A DNA stretch of 64,000 nucleotides from an uncultured Candidatus Rokubacteria bacterium. GTDB lineage: Bacteria; Methylomirabilota; Methylomirabilia; Rokubacteriales; CSP1-6. Below are positions 39,608 through 50,653 of the stretch, piece by piece; position 1 is the first letter of the stretch; every line of letters starts with the position of its first letter. Below the pieces are notes generated by a model. The model saw nothing but the letters and a program-made list of their open reading frames with translations, was not told the DNA's origin and made no database searches. Both the position numbers and the translations under genes were made by a program. The stretch is from the NCBI GenBank assembly GCA_963754315.1, contig CAVWFS010000019.1:128001-192000 (forward strand). Reading direction: 5' to 3'.

Positions 39608-41422
39608 CTAGGCTGCGGGGTCGCTGCTGCCGCCGGCAATGGCCGGAGCGGGCTCATGGCCGTGCCCCTCCGCCGTACCCTTCTCGCCAAGACCACCTAG
39701 CCAGAAGATGAACATCACCAGGGCAAAGAAGGCGATGGTAACCGAGGTGATCACGTTGGCGGCGTAACCGAGAGCGGGCGTCACCGCGTCGACCGAGCTG
39801 TCGCGCAGCACTCCATAGACATGCCAGTGCTGGCGAATCCCCGACCGGGCGAATCCCATGAGCCCCATCAGCCACGTGAAGGTCACCGCCAGCAGGATGA
39901 GCACATACTGCGAGCGGGGAGCGATCGTGCCCCAGCGGATCGTCCCCGTGGACCGCGCCCCCTTGAACAAGGGGATGTCAATGGCCATGACCACCACGAT
40001 GGCGCCAAGCACGGCCAGGACCTGATATACGGAGAAGCCGATGCGGACAATCGACTCCACGAAGTAGCCATACACGCCGTAGAAGGTGACGACGGCCGCC
40101 GCCACCGCGAAGGCCAGCCATTGCAGCGCCATTCCCGTCCTCGCCCACGGTTTGGTCGATACCCGGTTGGCGCGCCGGTAGAGCACAAAGGAGAGGAATG
40201 TGGTGAGGATCATGAGGTTGACGGCCGTGTTCTTTGCCGACATCACCCCGAGGAACCCGAGCACCGGGTGATGGGTTCCACCCATGACTCGCGCCTCGTC
40301 GAGTGTCACCACCATGCTGCGCGGGGTGGCCCACACGAGGAAGCCCGCGGCCAGAATCATGAGCATGTAGGGAACGTATTTTCGGTAGCGCTCCGAACCC
40401 GGAATGCGCTCCATCCCCAGCCACAGGTAGTAGTTGGAGCCGATGAACAGGATCCCGATGAGGATGGCCTGGATGATCCACAGCCAGGACATGAAACCAC
40501 CCATCATGGTGATGCCCATCGTCTGGTTGTAGGCGTAGATCTCCCGCCCGAGGTAGTAGCCGGCGAAGGGCAGCACGATAAAGGCGGCGAGGGCCACGAA
40601 GTTGCCGATGTACCCCATCCAGTCGTAGCGCGCGCGCTCCTCGTCGGTCTTGGCACCCAGGAACCGGAAGGCCGCGTAGGCTGCCGCGATGGTGCCACCG
40701 AACACGATGTTGGCAATGAGACGGTGGATGTTGATTGGCATCCAGGTGAAGTTATTGATGGCCGCCCATACGCTCCCCTTCAGAGCGCCGGATTCGGTGA
40801 TGCCGGCGGGGGACATCATGAACGTCACCCAGGAGTTGGCCACGACCAGAATGGCCGTCCCGAAGAGGTTGCTGAGGACCCCGAGGCCCACATGGATCCA
40901 CTTCCGGGAACCGCGCAGCCAGTTCCATCCGTAGTACCAGAGATACACAGTGAAGGTCTCGGCAAAGAACAGCAGGGCGTAGACCCAGTAGGTTGGGTAA
41001 AAGATCGACGTCATGTACGCCCAGAAGCGGGGGTAGTAGCCGACGAAGAGGAAGAGCAGGAGGGCACCGAGCAGGGCGGTGGTCGAGAACGCGGCGAAGG
41101 TAAGCTTGACCAGTTCGTGCGACAGCCAGTCGTAGCGGTGCTCGCCCGTCCGCCAGCCAATGATTTCGATGATGACCGCGAAGATCGGTACGCCGAGAAT
41201 GAAGGCCGCGAAGTTCAGGTGCAGCTGGGCCACCGCCCACACGGCCAGCCTCGAGCCGAGCAGCGGGAAGCTACGGTAGGCCGGCTCCTTGGCCGCGTCC
41301 TGCGCCTCGGCCGGCAACGCGCCAATGACGGCGACCACAAGGGCACAGAACAGGAGGACACCCGCGCTCTGGCGGGTCCATGATGGAGCTACCGGTACCA
41401 CTGCCGAATCCGGACGCTGCAA
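39608..41422 (-). CDS. Cytochrome bd-like oxidase subunit I homologue (Nitrospira-type; lacks an obvious Q-loop)
   Basis: AQLHLNFAAF (first heme His), FFAETF, ANSWVTFMMSP, INIHRL (second His), GVMSAK, GFARSGIRQHWHVYG (GRQPW-like); many TM helices; TTG start uncertain. Confidence 0.78.
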   Translation of the reverse strand: MQRPDSAVVPVAPSWTRQSAGVLLFCALVVAVIGALPAEAQDAAKEPAYRSFPLLGSRLAVWAVAQLHLNFAAFILGVPIFAVIIEIIGWRTGEHRYDWLSHELVKLTFAAFSTTALLGALLLFLFVGYYPRFWAYMTSIFYPTYWVYALLFFAETFTVYLWYYGWNWLRGSRKWIHVGLGVLSNLFGTAILVVANSWVTFMMSPAGITESGALKGSVWAAINNFTWMPINIHRLIANIVFGGTIAAAYAAFRFLGAKTDEERARYDWMGYIGNFVALAAFIVLPFAGYYLGREIYAYNQTMGITMMGGFMSWLWIIQAILIGILFIGSNYYLWLGMERIPGSERYRKYVPYMLMILAAGFLVWATPRSMVVTLDEARVMGGTHHPVLGFLGVMSAKNTAVNLMILTTFLSFVLYRRANRVSTKPWARTGMALQWLAFAVAAAVVTFYGVYGYFVESIVRIGFSVYQVLAVLGAIVVVMAIDIPLFKGARSTGTIRWGTIAPRSQYVLILLAVTFTWLMGLMGFARSGIRQHWHVYGVLRDSSVDAVTPALGYAANVITSVTIAFFALVMFIFWLGGLGEKGTAEGHGHEPAPAIAGGSSDPAA

Positions 41423-41451
41423 GAGACTGGCGAGCCCTCACCAAGACAAGC

Positions 41452-41469
41452 TTGTTACCAAAGTCACAT
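41452..41469. promoter_or_regulatory. Palindromic operator, Rex/CRP-like
   Basis: TTGTTA-CCAAAG-TCACAT: TGTTA-N6-TCACA matches the CRP box 9/10 and resembles the Rex box TTGTGAA-N4-TTCACAA. Confidence 0.55.
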
Positions 41470-41483
41470 GCCCTTTCAGGGCA

Positions 41484-41512
41484 CTTTTAGGGGAAAGACT
41501 GCGGCCTGTCAA
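41484..41512 (-). promoter_or_regulatory. Putative sigma70 promoter of the respiratory supercluster
   Basis: Minus strand TTGACA (41512-41507), 17-nt spacer, TAAAAG(T). Confidence 0.5.
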
Positions 41513-41536
41513 GGGGAAAAGGCGGCAGTGCCAGGT

Positions 41537-41565
41537 TTGACACACTCAGGGCCGCCCGCTAGCAT
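41537..41565 (+). promoter_or_regulatory. Sigma70 promoter of ftsH
   Basis: TTGACA-N17-TAGCAT, 17 nt before ATG 41583. Confidence 0.75.
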
Positions 41566-41582
41566 GGCCGGAAGAGACGCCG

Positions 41583-43490
41583 ATGAAGCCTCGCTTGTCT
41601 CAACGCATTCAGTTCTCGCTGGTTTACGTGTTGGTCGCCGCCCTCATCCTGTCGCTCCTCCAATCTTGGCTACTAGCGCCGCGCACCGTCGAGCTGCCGA
41701 TGTCTAAGTTCCTGGAGCTGCTCCGCAGCGACAAAATTGAAAAAGTCGCCCTGACCGAGCGGGAAATCCGTGGTATCGCCAAGCCCGGGGCGCTCCCTCC
41801 GCCCCCTCACGCTCTCGGTGACCAGTTGCGTCAGAAGCTCGGCACAGACGAGGAAGTGCGTACGTTCACGGTGACGCGGATTCCCGGCGTCGATGAGCAA
41901 CCGCTCGTGGCGGAGCTCGAGAAGCACAAGGTCGAGTTCGCGGGACGGATCGAGACGACCTTCTGGAGGGACCTGCTCTTCGGGTGGGTCATCCCGCTGG
42001 CGGTCATGGTCGCCATCTGGATGTTCCTCATGCGAAGGGTGGGAGGTGGACCCACCCAGGCCCTTTCCTTCGGACGATCCAAGCACAAGATCTACGATCG
42101 GAAGGAGCTCAAGACGACCTTCGCGGATGTGGCCGGCGTGGACGAGGCGACAGCAGAGCTGGTCGAGATCGTCGATTTTCTGCGCAACCCCAAGAAATAT
42201 CAGCGCCTCGGCGGTCGAATTCCCAAGGGAGTGCTGCTGGTCGGGCCGCCCGGTACCGGCAAGACCTTGCTGGCCCGCGCCGTGGCGGGCGAGGCCGACG
42301 TCCCCTTCTTCACCCTATCGGGCTCGGAGTTCGTGGAGATGTTCGTGGGAGTGGGGGCCTCCCGCGTGCGCGACCTGTTCGAGCAAGCCAAGGACAAAGC
42401 GCCCTGCATCATCTTCATCGATGAACTGGATGCCATCGGTAAGTCCCGGGCGGGCAGCACTGGGTTCGTCGGGGGACACGACGAGCGCGAGCAGACGTTG
42501 AATCAGCTCCTGGCCGAGATGGATGGCTTCGATTCCTCCAAGGGTGTCATCATCATGGCGGCCACCAACCGACCCGAGGTCCTGGACCTGGCACTCTTGC
42601 GTCCGGGCCGTTTCGATCGGCAGGTCGTCGTCGACAAGCCCGACCTTCGCGGCCGCGAGGCCATCCTGCGCATTCACGCCCGCGGCGTCACCTTGGCGCC
42701 CAGTGTGGACCTCACGGTCATCGCTCAACGCACGCCGGGCTTCGCAGGCGCCGACCTCGCCAATATCGTCAACGAAGCCGCTCTGCTGGCCGCCCGCAAG
42801 GAGCGCAACGCCGTCGAGATGTCCGACTTCGAGGAGGCGATCGACCGCGTGGTGGCCGGCCTCGAAAAGAAGAGCCGTGTCCTCTCCGAGAAAGAGCGCG
42901 ACATCGTGGCTCATCACGAGATGGGCCACGCCCTCGTGGCGTCCTCGGTCGCTCACGCGGATCCGGTGCACAAGATCAGCATCATCCCGCGCGGCATCGC
43001 CGCCCTGGGCATGACGTACCAGCTCCCCACCGAAGATCGCTTTCTCATGACCCGAAGCGAGCTCGAGGATCGTCTGGCCGTCCTCCTGGGCGGACGAGTG
43101 GCCGAAGAGCTCGTGTACGGTGAGGTGTCGACGGGAGCCCACAACGATCTCGAACGGGCCACCGAACTGGCCCGTCTCATGGTGATGAAGTACGGGATGT
43201 CTGAGCGGATCGGGCTGGCCACTTACGGCGAGCGGTCGGCGCTCTTTCTGAAGGGGTCTCCCGCCGCCTGGGGTGGCGAGCGCGATTACAGCGAGGCCAC
43301 CGCCCGTGCCATCGACGACGAAGTACGCAGTATGCTCGAGCGCACCCACGACCGGGTCGGGGCGATTCTCAGCAGCAAGAAGGCGGTGCTGGTCAACGCC
43401 GCCGCCGAGCTCAAGCGAACAGAGACCCTGGAGGGCGAGCGGCTTCGCCGGGCCCTCGCCGGGGAGGGCACCACGGAGGGTCAGGGATGA
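41583..43490 (+). CDS. ftsH: ATP-dependent zinc metalloprotease FtsH
   Basis: Two TM helices; [20 protein letters not shown]...RPGRFDR; HEMGH. Confidence 0.96.
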   Translation: MKPRLSQRIQFSLVYVLVAALILSLLQSWLLAPRTVELPMSKFLELLRSDKIEKVALTEREIRGIAKPGALPPPPHALGDQLRQKLGTDEEVRTFTVTRIPGVDEQPLVAELEKHKVEFAGRIETTFWRDLLFGWVIPLAVMVAIWMFLMRRVGGGPTQALSFGRSKHKIYDRKELKTTFADVAGVDEATAELVEIVDFLRNPKKYQRLGGRIPKGVLLVGPPGTGKTLLARAVAGEADVPFFTLSGSEFVEMFVGVGASRVRDLFEQAKDKAPCIIFIDELDAIGKSRAGSTGFVGGHDEREQTLNQLLAEMDGFDSSKGVIIMAATNRPEVLDLALLRPGRFDRQVVVDKPDLRGREAILRIHARGVTLAPSVDLTVIAQRTPGFAGADLANIVNEAALLAARKERNAVEMSDFEEAIDRVVAGLEKKSRVLSEKERDIVAHHEMGHALVASSVAHADPVHKISIIPRGIAALGMTYQLPTEDRFLMTRSELEDRLAVLLGGRVAEELVYGEVSTGAHNDLERATELARLMVMKYGMSERIGLATYGERSALFLKGSPAAWGGERDYSEATARAIDDEVRSMLERTHDRVGAILSSKKAVLVNAAAELKRTETLEGERLRRALAGEGTTEGQG

Positions 43491-44962
43491 TGCAGGTACG
43501 CAGGCGGATGTTCGTGGGGGCGGTCGTGGCCGCCCTCCTGGTAGGAGCCGGCTTGGGCACCTTCGTGACTGGCCGGGCCGAGTCGCCGCGAACCGCTCCA
43601 ACCGCCGTCACGCAGGTCCAGGCGCCGGTCCTGCCGGTGCAGATGCCCCTGACCTCTGGGACCTTTGCCAAGGTGGCGGAGACTATCAAACCGGCCGTGG
43701 TCAACATCAATACGAGTACGGCCGGACGGGCGGGAGGATCAGGACGGACGCCCTTCGAGGAGTTCTTCGGGGAGGAGTTCTTCCGACGCTTCTTCGGCGA
43801 TGCTCCCGAGCGGATTCCTCAGCGGAGCCTGGGCTCGGGAGTGATCGTCGACCCCTCCGGGATCACCCTGACCAACGCCCATGTGGTGGACAACGCCCGG
43901 GACATCGAGGTGGTGACCCTCGACGGCAACAAGCACAAGGCCAAGATCGTCGGCCTCGACAAGAAGACAGACCTTGCCGTCCTCAAGCTCGACGACGGCA
44001 AGGGCACGTTCAACTACGCGCGCCTGGGCGATTCCGACAAGGTCCAAGTGGGGGACTGGGTGATCGCGGTGGGCTCGCCCTTCAATCTGCATTCAACCGT
44101 CACCGCCGGGATCATCAGTGCGAAGGCCCGTCAGCTCACCCCGAGTGCTTTCGACGAGTTCATCCAGACCGACGCCGCCATCAACCCCGGCAATTCGGGC
44201 GGTCCGCTCGTCAACATGCAAGGCGAGGTCATCGGTATCAACACCGCGATTGTGGCCGGGGGTACCGGAATCGGGTTCGCGATTCCGTCCAACCTTGCCC
44301 GCCGGATCTACACGGAGATCAACGCCAAGGGCAAGGTTACGCGGGGTTGGCTCGGCGTTTCCATTCAACCCCTGACTCCCGAGCTGGCCAAGTCCTTCGG
44401 GACCAAGGACACCAAGGGCGTCCTCATCTCGGATGTCATTGCCGACAGCCCGGCAGCGAAGGCCGGCATCCAACCCGGGGATATCCTCCTCGAGTTCGAT
44501 GGCAAGAAGATGGAGTCGCCGGCCGACCTGCAGCGAGCGGTTGGCTTCACCTCGCCCGGTGCGAGCGCCAAGATGAAGGTCTTGCGCGAGAAGAACGAGA
44601 AGGTGATCGAGGTCAAGATCGCCGAAGCGTCGGACGAGCGGGAGGCCGCCGCGCGGTCGGGCTCGCGCGGATCGTCTAGCCTGGGGATGGAGATCCGTCC
44701 GATCACCCCGGACATCGCCCGGCAGCTCAATCTTCGCTCGACTGAGGGCGTGGTCGTCGCCCGGGTCGACGATGAAAGCCCCGCGGGCGCCGCCGGAGTT
44801 CAGCGCGGCGACATCATCCGGGAGATCAACCGTCAGAAGATCAAGAACATCGGTGATTTCGAGAAAGCAACTAAGGATCTCAAGGACGGCGACCGACTGA
44901 CCGTGCTCCTGCAGCGGGGCCCAATGTCGCTCTACGTCGCGTTCACAGTGGGCCGAGGCTAG
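43487..44962 (+). CDS. degP: Do/DegP/DegQ serine endoprotease with two PDZ domains
   Basis: [27 protein letters not shown]; two PDZ repeats. Confidence 0.93.
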   Translation: MMQVRRRMFVGAVVAALLVGAGLGTFVTGRAESPRTAPTAVTQVQAPVLPVQMPLTSGTFAKVAETIKPAVVNINTSTAGRAGGSGRTPFEEFFGEEFFRRFFGDAPERIPQRSLGSGVIVDPSGITLTNAHVVDNARDIEVVTLDGNKHKAKIVGLDKKTDLAVLKLDDGKGTFNYARLGDSDKVQVGDWVIAVGSPFNLHSTVTAGIISAKARQLTPSAFDEFIQTDAAINPGNSGGPLVNMQGEVIGINTAIVAGGTGIGFAIPSNLARRIYTEINAKGKVTRGWLGVSIQPLTPELAKSFGTKDTKGVLISDVIADSPAAKAGIQPGDILLEFDGKKMESPADLQRAVGFTSPGASAKMKVLREKNEKVIEVKIAEASDEREAAARSGSRGSSSLGMEIRPITPDIARQLNLRSTEGVVVARVDDESPAGAAGVQRGDIIREINRQKIKNIGDFEKATKDLKDGDRLTVLLQRGPMSLYVAFTVGRG

Positions 44963-45108
44963 CGCTCGCGAAGCGATAGGGCTGCCCTTAGGGGACGCCT
45001 GGTCGGCCTGGGAGCCATAACTAAGTACAAACCCGGAGCTATCCGAGTGGCTCTCGAGCGATCTATGAGCGGCGAACGCTTAGATCGTCTGCTATACTCA
45101 GTATAACT

Positions 45109-46155
45109 ATGGCGCTAGAGTTCAAGGACTACTACAAGACCCTCGGTGTTGATCGGAAGGCAGATGCCAAGACCATCAGGTCAGCCTACCGAAAGCTGGC
45201 TCGCAAACACCACCCCGACGTGGCCAAGGGCAAGCACAATGAGGACCGCTTCAAAGAGATCACCGAAGCCTATGAGGTCCTGTCCGACCCAGACAAGCGC
45301 AGCCGGTACGACAGCCTCGGACCGGACTGGCAGCGATACGCAACCCAGGGGGCTCCCGGTGGGCCGGGCGGCGGGTTTCATGTCGAGTACACGAACGCCG
45401 GAGAGGCCGGCGATTTCTCGGACTTCTTCCGCACGATCTTCGGGGACCTTGGCGGGCGGGCAGGTGGTCGCACGGGGCGCAGTCGGGGCATCAACGTTGA
45501 AGATCTCCTCGGCGGCGGACGGGGCGGCCGTGCTGGCGGACAAGGCGGCGACGTCGAGGCCGGGCTCGAGATTTCTCTGGAAGAGGCTCACGGTGGAGTA
45601 CGCAAGACCCTGAGCCTCGGGACCGAGGAACCGTGCCCAACGTGCCACGGATCCGGGAACGTCGACGGCAAGGTGTGCAACACCTGCCACGGGGGCGGCT
45701 GGCAACGTGCCCAACGAACTGTCGACGTCAAGATTCCGGCCGGCGTGAAGACAGGCCAACGCGTCCGGGTCAGCGGCGAGGGCGCCGAAGGCGCCCGCGG
45801 CCGTGGCGATCTTTACCTGATGGTGACGGTCGCCCCCCACCCACTCTTCGAGCGCAAGGCGGACGATATTCATCTGACCCTGCCCGTCACCGCCGCCGAG
45901 GCCGCGCTCGGCGCAGCCGTCGAGGTGCCCACTCTGCGTGGCAAGGTGTCCATGAAGATCCCGCCTGCCACCTCCAGCGGGCGAGCCTTCCGTCTGCCGG
46001 GATACGGGATGCCGCGGCTCAGAACGGGCGGCGCCGGGGACCAGTTCGTGACCACGAAGATCGTCATGCCGTCCGCCCTGAGCGAGGCGGAGCAGGAGTT
46101 GTATCGAAAACTGAGCGCCCTGCGCAGTGACAATCCGCGGGCGTACATGGGGTGA
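45109..46155 (+). CDS. dnaJ: DnaJ-family co-chaperone (CbpA-like, with a single Zn-finger pair)
   Basis: J domain with [17 protein letters not shown] and CNTCHGGG; DnaJ C-terminal domains. Confidence 0.88.
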   Translation: MALEFKDYYKTLGVDRKADAKTIRSAYRKLARKHHPDVAKGKHNEDRFKEITEAYEVLSDPDKRSRYDSLGPDWQRYATQGAPGGPGGGFHVEYTNAGEAGDFSDFFRTIFGDLGGRAGGRTGRSRGINVEDLLGGGRGGRAGGQGGDVEAGLEISLEEAHGGVRKTLSLGTEEPCPTCHGSGNVDGKVCNTCHGGGWQRAQRTVDVKIPAGVKTGQRVRVSGEGAEGARGRGDLYLMVTVAPHPLFERKADDIHLTLPVTAAEAALGAAVEVPTLRGKVSMKIPPATSSGRAFRLPGYGMPRLRTGGAGDQFVTTKIVMPSALSEAEQELYRKLSALRSDNPRAYMG

Positions 46156-46162
46156 TGAAGAA

Positions 46163-48751
46163 ATGAGACTCGACAAGTTCACGCTGAAGGCCCAGGAGGC
46201 GCTACAGGCGGCGCAGTCGCTTGCCGACCAGGCGAGCCACCAGGCCATCGAGCCCGAGCACGTGCTCCTGGCCCTCATCCAGCAGCGAGAGGGTGTGGTC
46301 GGCCCGATCCTGGGCAAACTGGGTGCGCGACCCGAAGCCATCCAGCGCGCCCTCGAGGACGAGATCGGCCGGCTTCCGGGAGTGCGGGGGGGCAGCGGCC
46401 ACTACCTCGGGGAACGCCTGCGAGTGGTCCTCGAGCGTGCGCAGAGCGAGGCCGAGCGACTGCGCGACGAGTATGTCTCCACCGAGCACATCCTGATTGC
46501 TATCGCCCAGGAGCGCGAGGGCGCCGCCGCGCGGGTGCTCGCCTCCCAGGGCGTCACCGCCGAGGGGATCTACAAGGCACTGGTCGAGGTGCGCGGGACC
46601 CAGCGGGTGACCGACCCGAACCCGGAGGAGAAGTATCAGGCGCTTCAGCGCTACTCGCGGGACCTGACCGAGGCCGCCCGCAAGGGTAAGCTCGATCCGG
46701 TCATCGGCCGCGACGAGGAGATCCGTAGGGTCATCCAGGTACTCTCGCGTCGCACGAAGAACAACCCGGTCCTCATCGGCGAGCCGGGAGTGGGAAAGAC
46801 TGCCATCGTGGAGGGTCTGGCCCAGCGTATCGTGGCCGGCGACGTACCCGAGGGGCTCAAGAACAAGCGCGTGGTGGCGCTTGATATCGGCGCGATGCTG
46901 GCTGGCTCCAAGTACCGGGGAGAGTTCGAGGATCGCCTCAAGGCGGTGCTGAAGGAAATCACGGAGTCGGAGGGGCAGATCATCTGCTTCATTGACGAGC
47001 TGCACACTTTGGTGGGCGCGGGTGCGGCCGAGGGCGCCGTGGACGCTGCCAACATGCTCAAGCCCGCCCTGGCCCGTGGCGAGCTACGCTGCGTGGGCGC
47101 TACCACCCTCGACGAGTACCGCAAGCACGTGGAGAAGGACGCCGCCCTCGAGCGGCGTTTCCAGCCCGTGTTCGTGCGGGAGCCGTCGGTGGAGGACACC
47201 ATCGCCATCCTGCGCGGCCTCAAGGACAAGTACGAGGTCCATCACAAGGTGACCATCCGCGATTCGGCCCTGGTGGCGGCGGCCGTTCTGTCCAGCCGTT
47301 ACATCGCCGACCGCTTCCTGCCCGACAAGGCCATCGATCTGGTGGACGAGGCGGCCGCGCGCATCCGCATGCAGATCGAGTCCATGCCACAGGAGATCGA
47401 TGAGATCGAGCGGCGCATCATGCAGCTGTCGATCGAACGCGTATCGGTGGCCCGTGACGACGATCCCGTCTCGCGCGAGCGGCTGGCCAAGATCGACGCC
47501 GAGCTCGCCGAGCTGCGGGAGAAGTCAACCGCCCTCAAGGCGACCTGGCAAACCGAGAAGGAGGGGATCACGAAGCTGGGCCGTCTCAAAGAGGAGATCG
47601 ACACGACCAAGCAGGCCATGGCCGAGGCCGAGCGCCGGGGGGACCTCAATCGGGCTGCGGAGCTCCGCTATGGCACCCTGCACAACCTCGAAAAGCAGCA
47701 GACGGAGATGGAGGCGCGCCTCAGCGAGCAGCCGACGCAGACTCGCATGCTCCGCGAGGAGGTCACCGAGGAGGACATCGCGGCCACCGTGGCCAAGTGG
47801 ACCGGCATTCCTGTCACCCGGTTACTGGAGGGCGAGATGCAGAAGCTCCTTCAAATGGAGGAGCGCCTGCACCGACGTGTCGTCGGCCAGGACGAAGCTC
47901 TGGTCGGGGTGGCCAACGCCATCCGTCGGGCGCGGTCCGGCCTCTCCGATCCCAACCGGCCCATCGGGTCTTTCCTGTTCCTGGGGCCGACCGGCGTCGG
48001 AAAGACGGAGCTCGCGCGAGCCCTCGCCGAGTTCCTGTTCGACGACGAGCGGGCCATGATCCGCCTCGACATGTCGGAGTACATGGAGAAGCACACGGTG
48101 GCACGTCTCATCGGCGCCCCCCCCGGCTACGTCGGCTACGACGAGGGCGGCCAGCTCACGGAGGCCGTGCGGCGGCGGCCGTACGCCGTGGTGCTGTTCG
48201 ACGAGATCGAGAAAGCGCACAGCGACGTCTTTAACGTCCTGCTGCAACTGCTCGACGACGGGCGGCTCACGGACGGCCACGGCCGAACCGTGGACTTCCG
48301 CAACGTGGTGGTGATCATGACCTCCAACCTGGGAAGCCACATCTTCCGAGAGCACACGGATCCGGCCAAGGTGCGAGCGCTTGTCTTGCAGGAGTTGCGC
48401 AACACACTCCGGCCCGAGTTTCTCAACCGGATCGACGAGGTCGTGGTGTTCCGTGCTCTCGACCGCGAGCAGATCGCCCAGATCGTGGGAATCCAGCTCG
48501 AGCATCTGCGCGGACGGCTGGCTGCCAAGCGGATCGATCTCGAGGTGACGGACGCGGCCAAGGCGTTGCTCGGCCGCGAAGGCTACGACCCGACCTACGG
48601 GGCGCGACCGCTCAAGCGGACCATTCAGCGGCTCGTGCAGGATCCCCTCGCCCTGAAACTGCTCGAGGGGGAGTTCAAGGAGGGTGACACGGTCACCGTC
48701 GACGCCGACGGCGATCGAGTTGTTTTCCGACAAGGACAAGCACCTCGATAG
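46163..48751 (+). CDS. clpB: ATP-dependent chaperone ClpB
   Basis: Two AAA domains ([16 protein letters not shown]); M-domain AAELRYG; GARPLKR. Confidence 0.96.
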   Translation: MRLDKFTLKAQEALQAAQSLADQASHQAIEPEHVLLALIQQREGVVGPILGKLGARPEAIQRALEDEIGRLPGVRGGSGHYLGERLRVVLERAQSEAERLRDEYVSTEHILIAIAQEREGAAARVLASQGVTAEGIYKALVEVRGTQRVTDPNPEEKYQALQRYSRDLTEAARKGKLDPVIGRDEEIRRVIQVLSRRTKNNPVLIGEPGVGKTAIVEGLAQRIVAGDVPEGLKNKRVVALDIGAMLAGSKYRGEFEDRLKAVLKEITESEGQIICFIDELHTLVGAGAAEGAVDAANMLKPALARGELRCVGATTLDEYRKHVEKDAALERRFQPVFVREPSVEDTIAILRGLKDKYEVHHKVTIRDSALVAAAVLSSRYIADRFLPDKAIDLVDEAAARIRMQIESMPQEIDEIERRIMQLSIERVSVARDDDPVSRERLAKIDAELAELREKSTALKATWQTEKEGITKLGRLKEEIDTTKQAMAEAERRGDLNRAAELRYGTLHNLEKQQTEMEARLSEQPTQTRMLREEVTEEDIAATVAKWTGIPVTRLLEGEMQKLLQMEERLHRRVVGQDEALVGVANAIRRARSGLSDPNRPIGSFLFLGPTGVGKTELARALAEFLFDDERAMIRLDMSEYMEKHTVARLIGAPPGYVGYDEGGQLTEAVRRRPYAVVLFDEIEKAHSDVFNVLLQLLDDGRLTDGHGRTVDFRNVVVIMTSNLGSHIFREHTDPAKVRALVLQELRNTLRPEFLNRIDEVVVFRALDREQIAQIVGIQLEHLRGRLAAKRIDLEVTDAAKALLGREGYDPTYGARPLKRTIQRLVQDPLALKLLEGEFKEGDTVTVDADGDRVVFRQGQAPR

Positions 48752-48768
48752 GGTAGATGTCGATGTGT

Positions 48769-48793
48769 CGGGGGGCCCGGTTACGGCCCCCCG
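48769..48793. repeat. G6/C6 palindrome (REP-like)
   Basis: CGGGGGGCC-CGGTTAC-GGCCCCCCG followed by CTCCCCT. Confidence 0.7.
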
Positions 48794-48872
48794 CTCCCCT
48801 GCACTCCGCGATTTTCGCGCCTCACTTGTCTTTTCGAGAATCCTCGTCCACCATCGTGGACATCCCATACGC

Positions 48873-50150
48873 ATGAGCGAGTCTCGTCGTATTCATCCCG
48901 CCTGGATAGTCCTGGGCGCGCTCGCCATCTGCATGCTGGCCTCCTCGGGGCTACGCGCTGTCTTCGGTGTCTTCATCAAGCCGATGGAGGCGGAGTTCGG
49001 CTGGAGTCGCGGCGCGCTCTCGGGGGTGGCCGCCCTGTCGCTCCTCTTTCTCGGTGCCGTGGGGCCGCTGGCGGGGCGGCTCGCAGATCGCTGGGGACCT
49101 CGCCGTGTCATTGGGATCTCGCTCATCCTGCTCACAGCAGGTGCCATCGGATCTGCGTTCATCGACTCCTTGTGGCAACTCTATCTGATGGCGGGGGTCG
49201 TGATGGCGGTCGGCGCCGGCGGGGTGAACATGTCCACCGGGGCCGCTGTCGTTGCCCGCTGGTTCGAAGCCAGACGCGGTCTCGTGATGGGGGTGGTGGG
49301 CGGGGCCATGTCGGCCGGACAGCTCGTGGTCATCCCGCTCGCGGCCGCCCTCACGTTCTGGTTCGGATGGAGGACGAGCTACCTCGCCTTAGGTGTCGCA
49401 CTGCCGCTGCTCATCCTCCCGGTGGCGATCCTGTTCATCCGCAACACTCCCGAGGAGCGCGGCGACCGGCCGTACGGCGCCAGCAGTGCCCTGCCCCCGA
49501 TGGCAACGGCCGCGGCCGTCGCTCAGCGTGTCTCGGTGGCGGAGGCGGCGCGATTTCCGCAGTTCTGGCTTCTCATGGCGACGTTCTTCGTGTGCGGCTA
49601 CACGTCCAGCGGCATCGTGCTTGTGCACTTCATGCCGCACGCCATCGAGCACAATTTCAGCGAGTTTCAGGCGGCCACCGCCCTCGGTGTCATCGGGGCC
49701 ATGAACATCGTGGGCACCATCGGCTCGGGCTGGCTCTGCGATCATTTCGGTCGGCGCGGTCCGCTGGCCACGTACTATTTCATCCGTGGCCTCTCCTTGC
49801 TGTACCTGCTCTACGTGTACGACGTCCCCTCGTTGCATCTCTGGGCGGCCGTCTTCGGGCTGAACTGGATCTCGACGGTTCCTCCCACCACCACCCTCAC
49901 CGCCAACATCTTTGGTCGCTTCTCGGTGGGTGAGCTGTCAGGATGGATCTTTTTCAGTCATCAAGTCGGTGCGGCTCTGGGAGCCGCCTTGGCCGGCTGG
50001 CTGTACGAATGGACGGGGAACTACAGCGCGGCGTTTGTGTCGGCGGCGTTTTTGGCCTTCCTTGCGACGGGCATGACCATGGCCATTCGCGAGGAGGCGG
50101 TCCGCGTGGGGCCAACACCTTCGGCCACCCCCGAGCCTGCGGTGTCGTGA
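48873..50150 (+). CDS. MFS transporter (OFA/MCT-like)
   Basis: [10 protein letters not shown] motif [15 protein letters not shown]; about 12 TM helices. Confidence 0.9.
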   Translation: MSESRRIHPAWIVLGALAICMLASSGLRAVFGVFIKPMEAEFGWSRGALSGVAALSLLFLGAVGPLAGRLADRWGPRRVIGISLILLTAGAIGSAFIDSLWQLYLMAGVVMAVGAGGVNMSTGAAVVARWFEARRGLVMGVVGGAMSAGQLVVIPLAAALTFWFGWRTSYLALGVALPLLILPVAILFIRNTPEERGDRPYGASSALPPMATAAAVAQRVSVAEAARFPQFWLLMATFFVCGYTSSGIVLVHFMPHAIEHNFSEFQAATALGVIGAMNIVGTIGSGWLCDHFGRRGPLATYYFIRGLSLLYLLYVYDVPSLHLWAAVFGLNWISTVPPTTTLTANIFGRFSVGELSGWIFFSHQVGAALGAALAGWLYEWTGNYSAAFVSAAFLAFLATGMTMAIREEAVRVGPTPSATPEPAVS

Positions 50151-50653
50151 GCCGCGTGACCGCCCGACGTTATTTCGACGACTTCAAGGTCGGCGACGTC
50201 ATCGAGCTCGGCCGACACACGATCACCAAGGACGAGATTATCGCCTTCGCCCGTCAGTTCGATCCGCAGGCCTTTCACCTCGACGAGGAAGCGGCGGCCC
50301 AAACCATGTTCGGGGGCCTCATCGCCAGCGGCTGGCACACCGGGTCGCTCATGATGCGCCTGCTCTACGAGGGGGCCATCAAGGACGCAGTCAGTCTCGG
50401 TTCTCCCGGCATCGACGAGATGCGCTGGCTCAAGCCGGTGCGACCCGGCGATACGCTGTCCGCGCGCATGACCGTCACCGAGTGCATCCCCTCCCGCAGC
50501 AAGCCAGATCGCGGCATCCTGCGCTCGCTCCTCGAGATGCGCAATCAGCACGGCGAGCCCGTGGTGACCATCAAGGGGATGAGCCTGCTGGGTCGGCGAC
50601 ATCAGTACGTTGGGGGGCCTCGAGAGCGCCCCCAAACGTCGTCAAGCGGTTAG
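50147..50653 (+). CDS. MaoC family dehydratase
   Basis: [36 protein letters not shown]. Confidence 0.9.
   Translation: MSRVTARRYFDDFKVGDVIELGRHTITKDEIIAFARQFDPQAFHLDEEAAAQTMFGGLIASGWHTGSLMMRLLYEGAIKDAVSLGSPGIDEMRWLKPVRPGDTLSARMTVTECIPSRSKPDRGILRSLLEMRNQHGEPVVTIKGMSLLGRRHQYVGGPRERPQTSSSG

Noticed and set aside
45075..45105. CIRCE or HAIR heat-shock operator before dnaJ-clpB
   Set aside because: Only an ACTCA half-site is present; there is no convincing inverted partner at the consensus spacing.
45634..45700. CxxCH motifs suggesting c-type heme binding in DnaJ
   Set aside because: They are CxxCxGxG zinc-finger repeats in a cytoplasmic chaperone.
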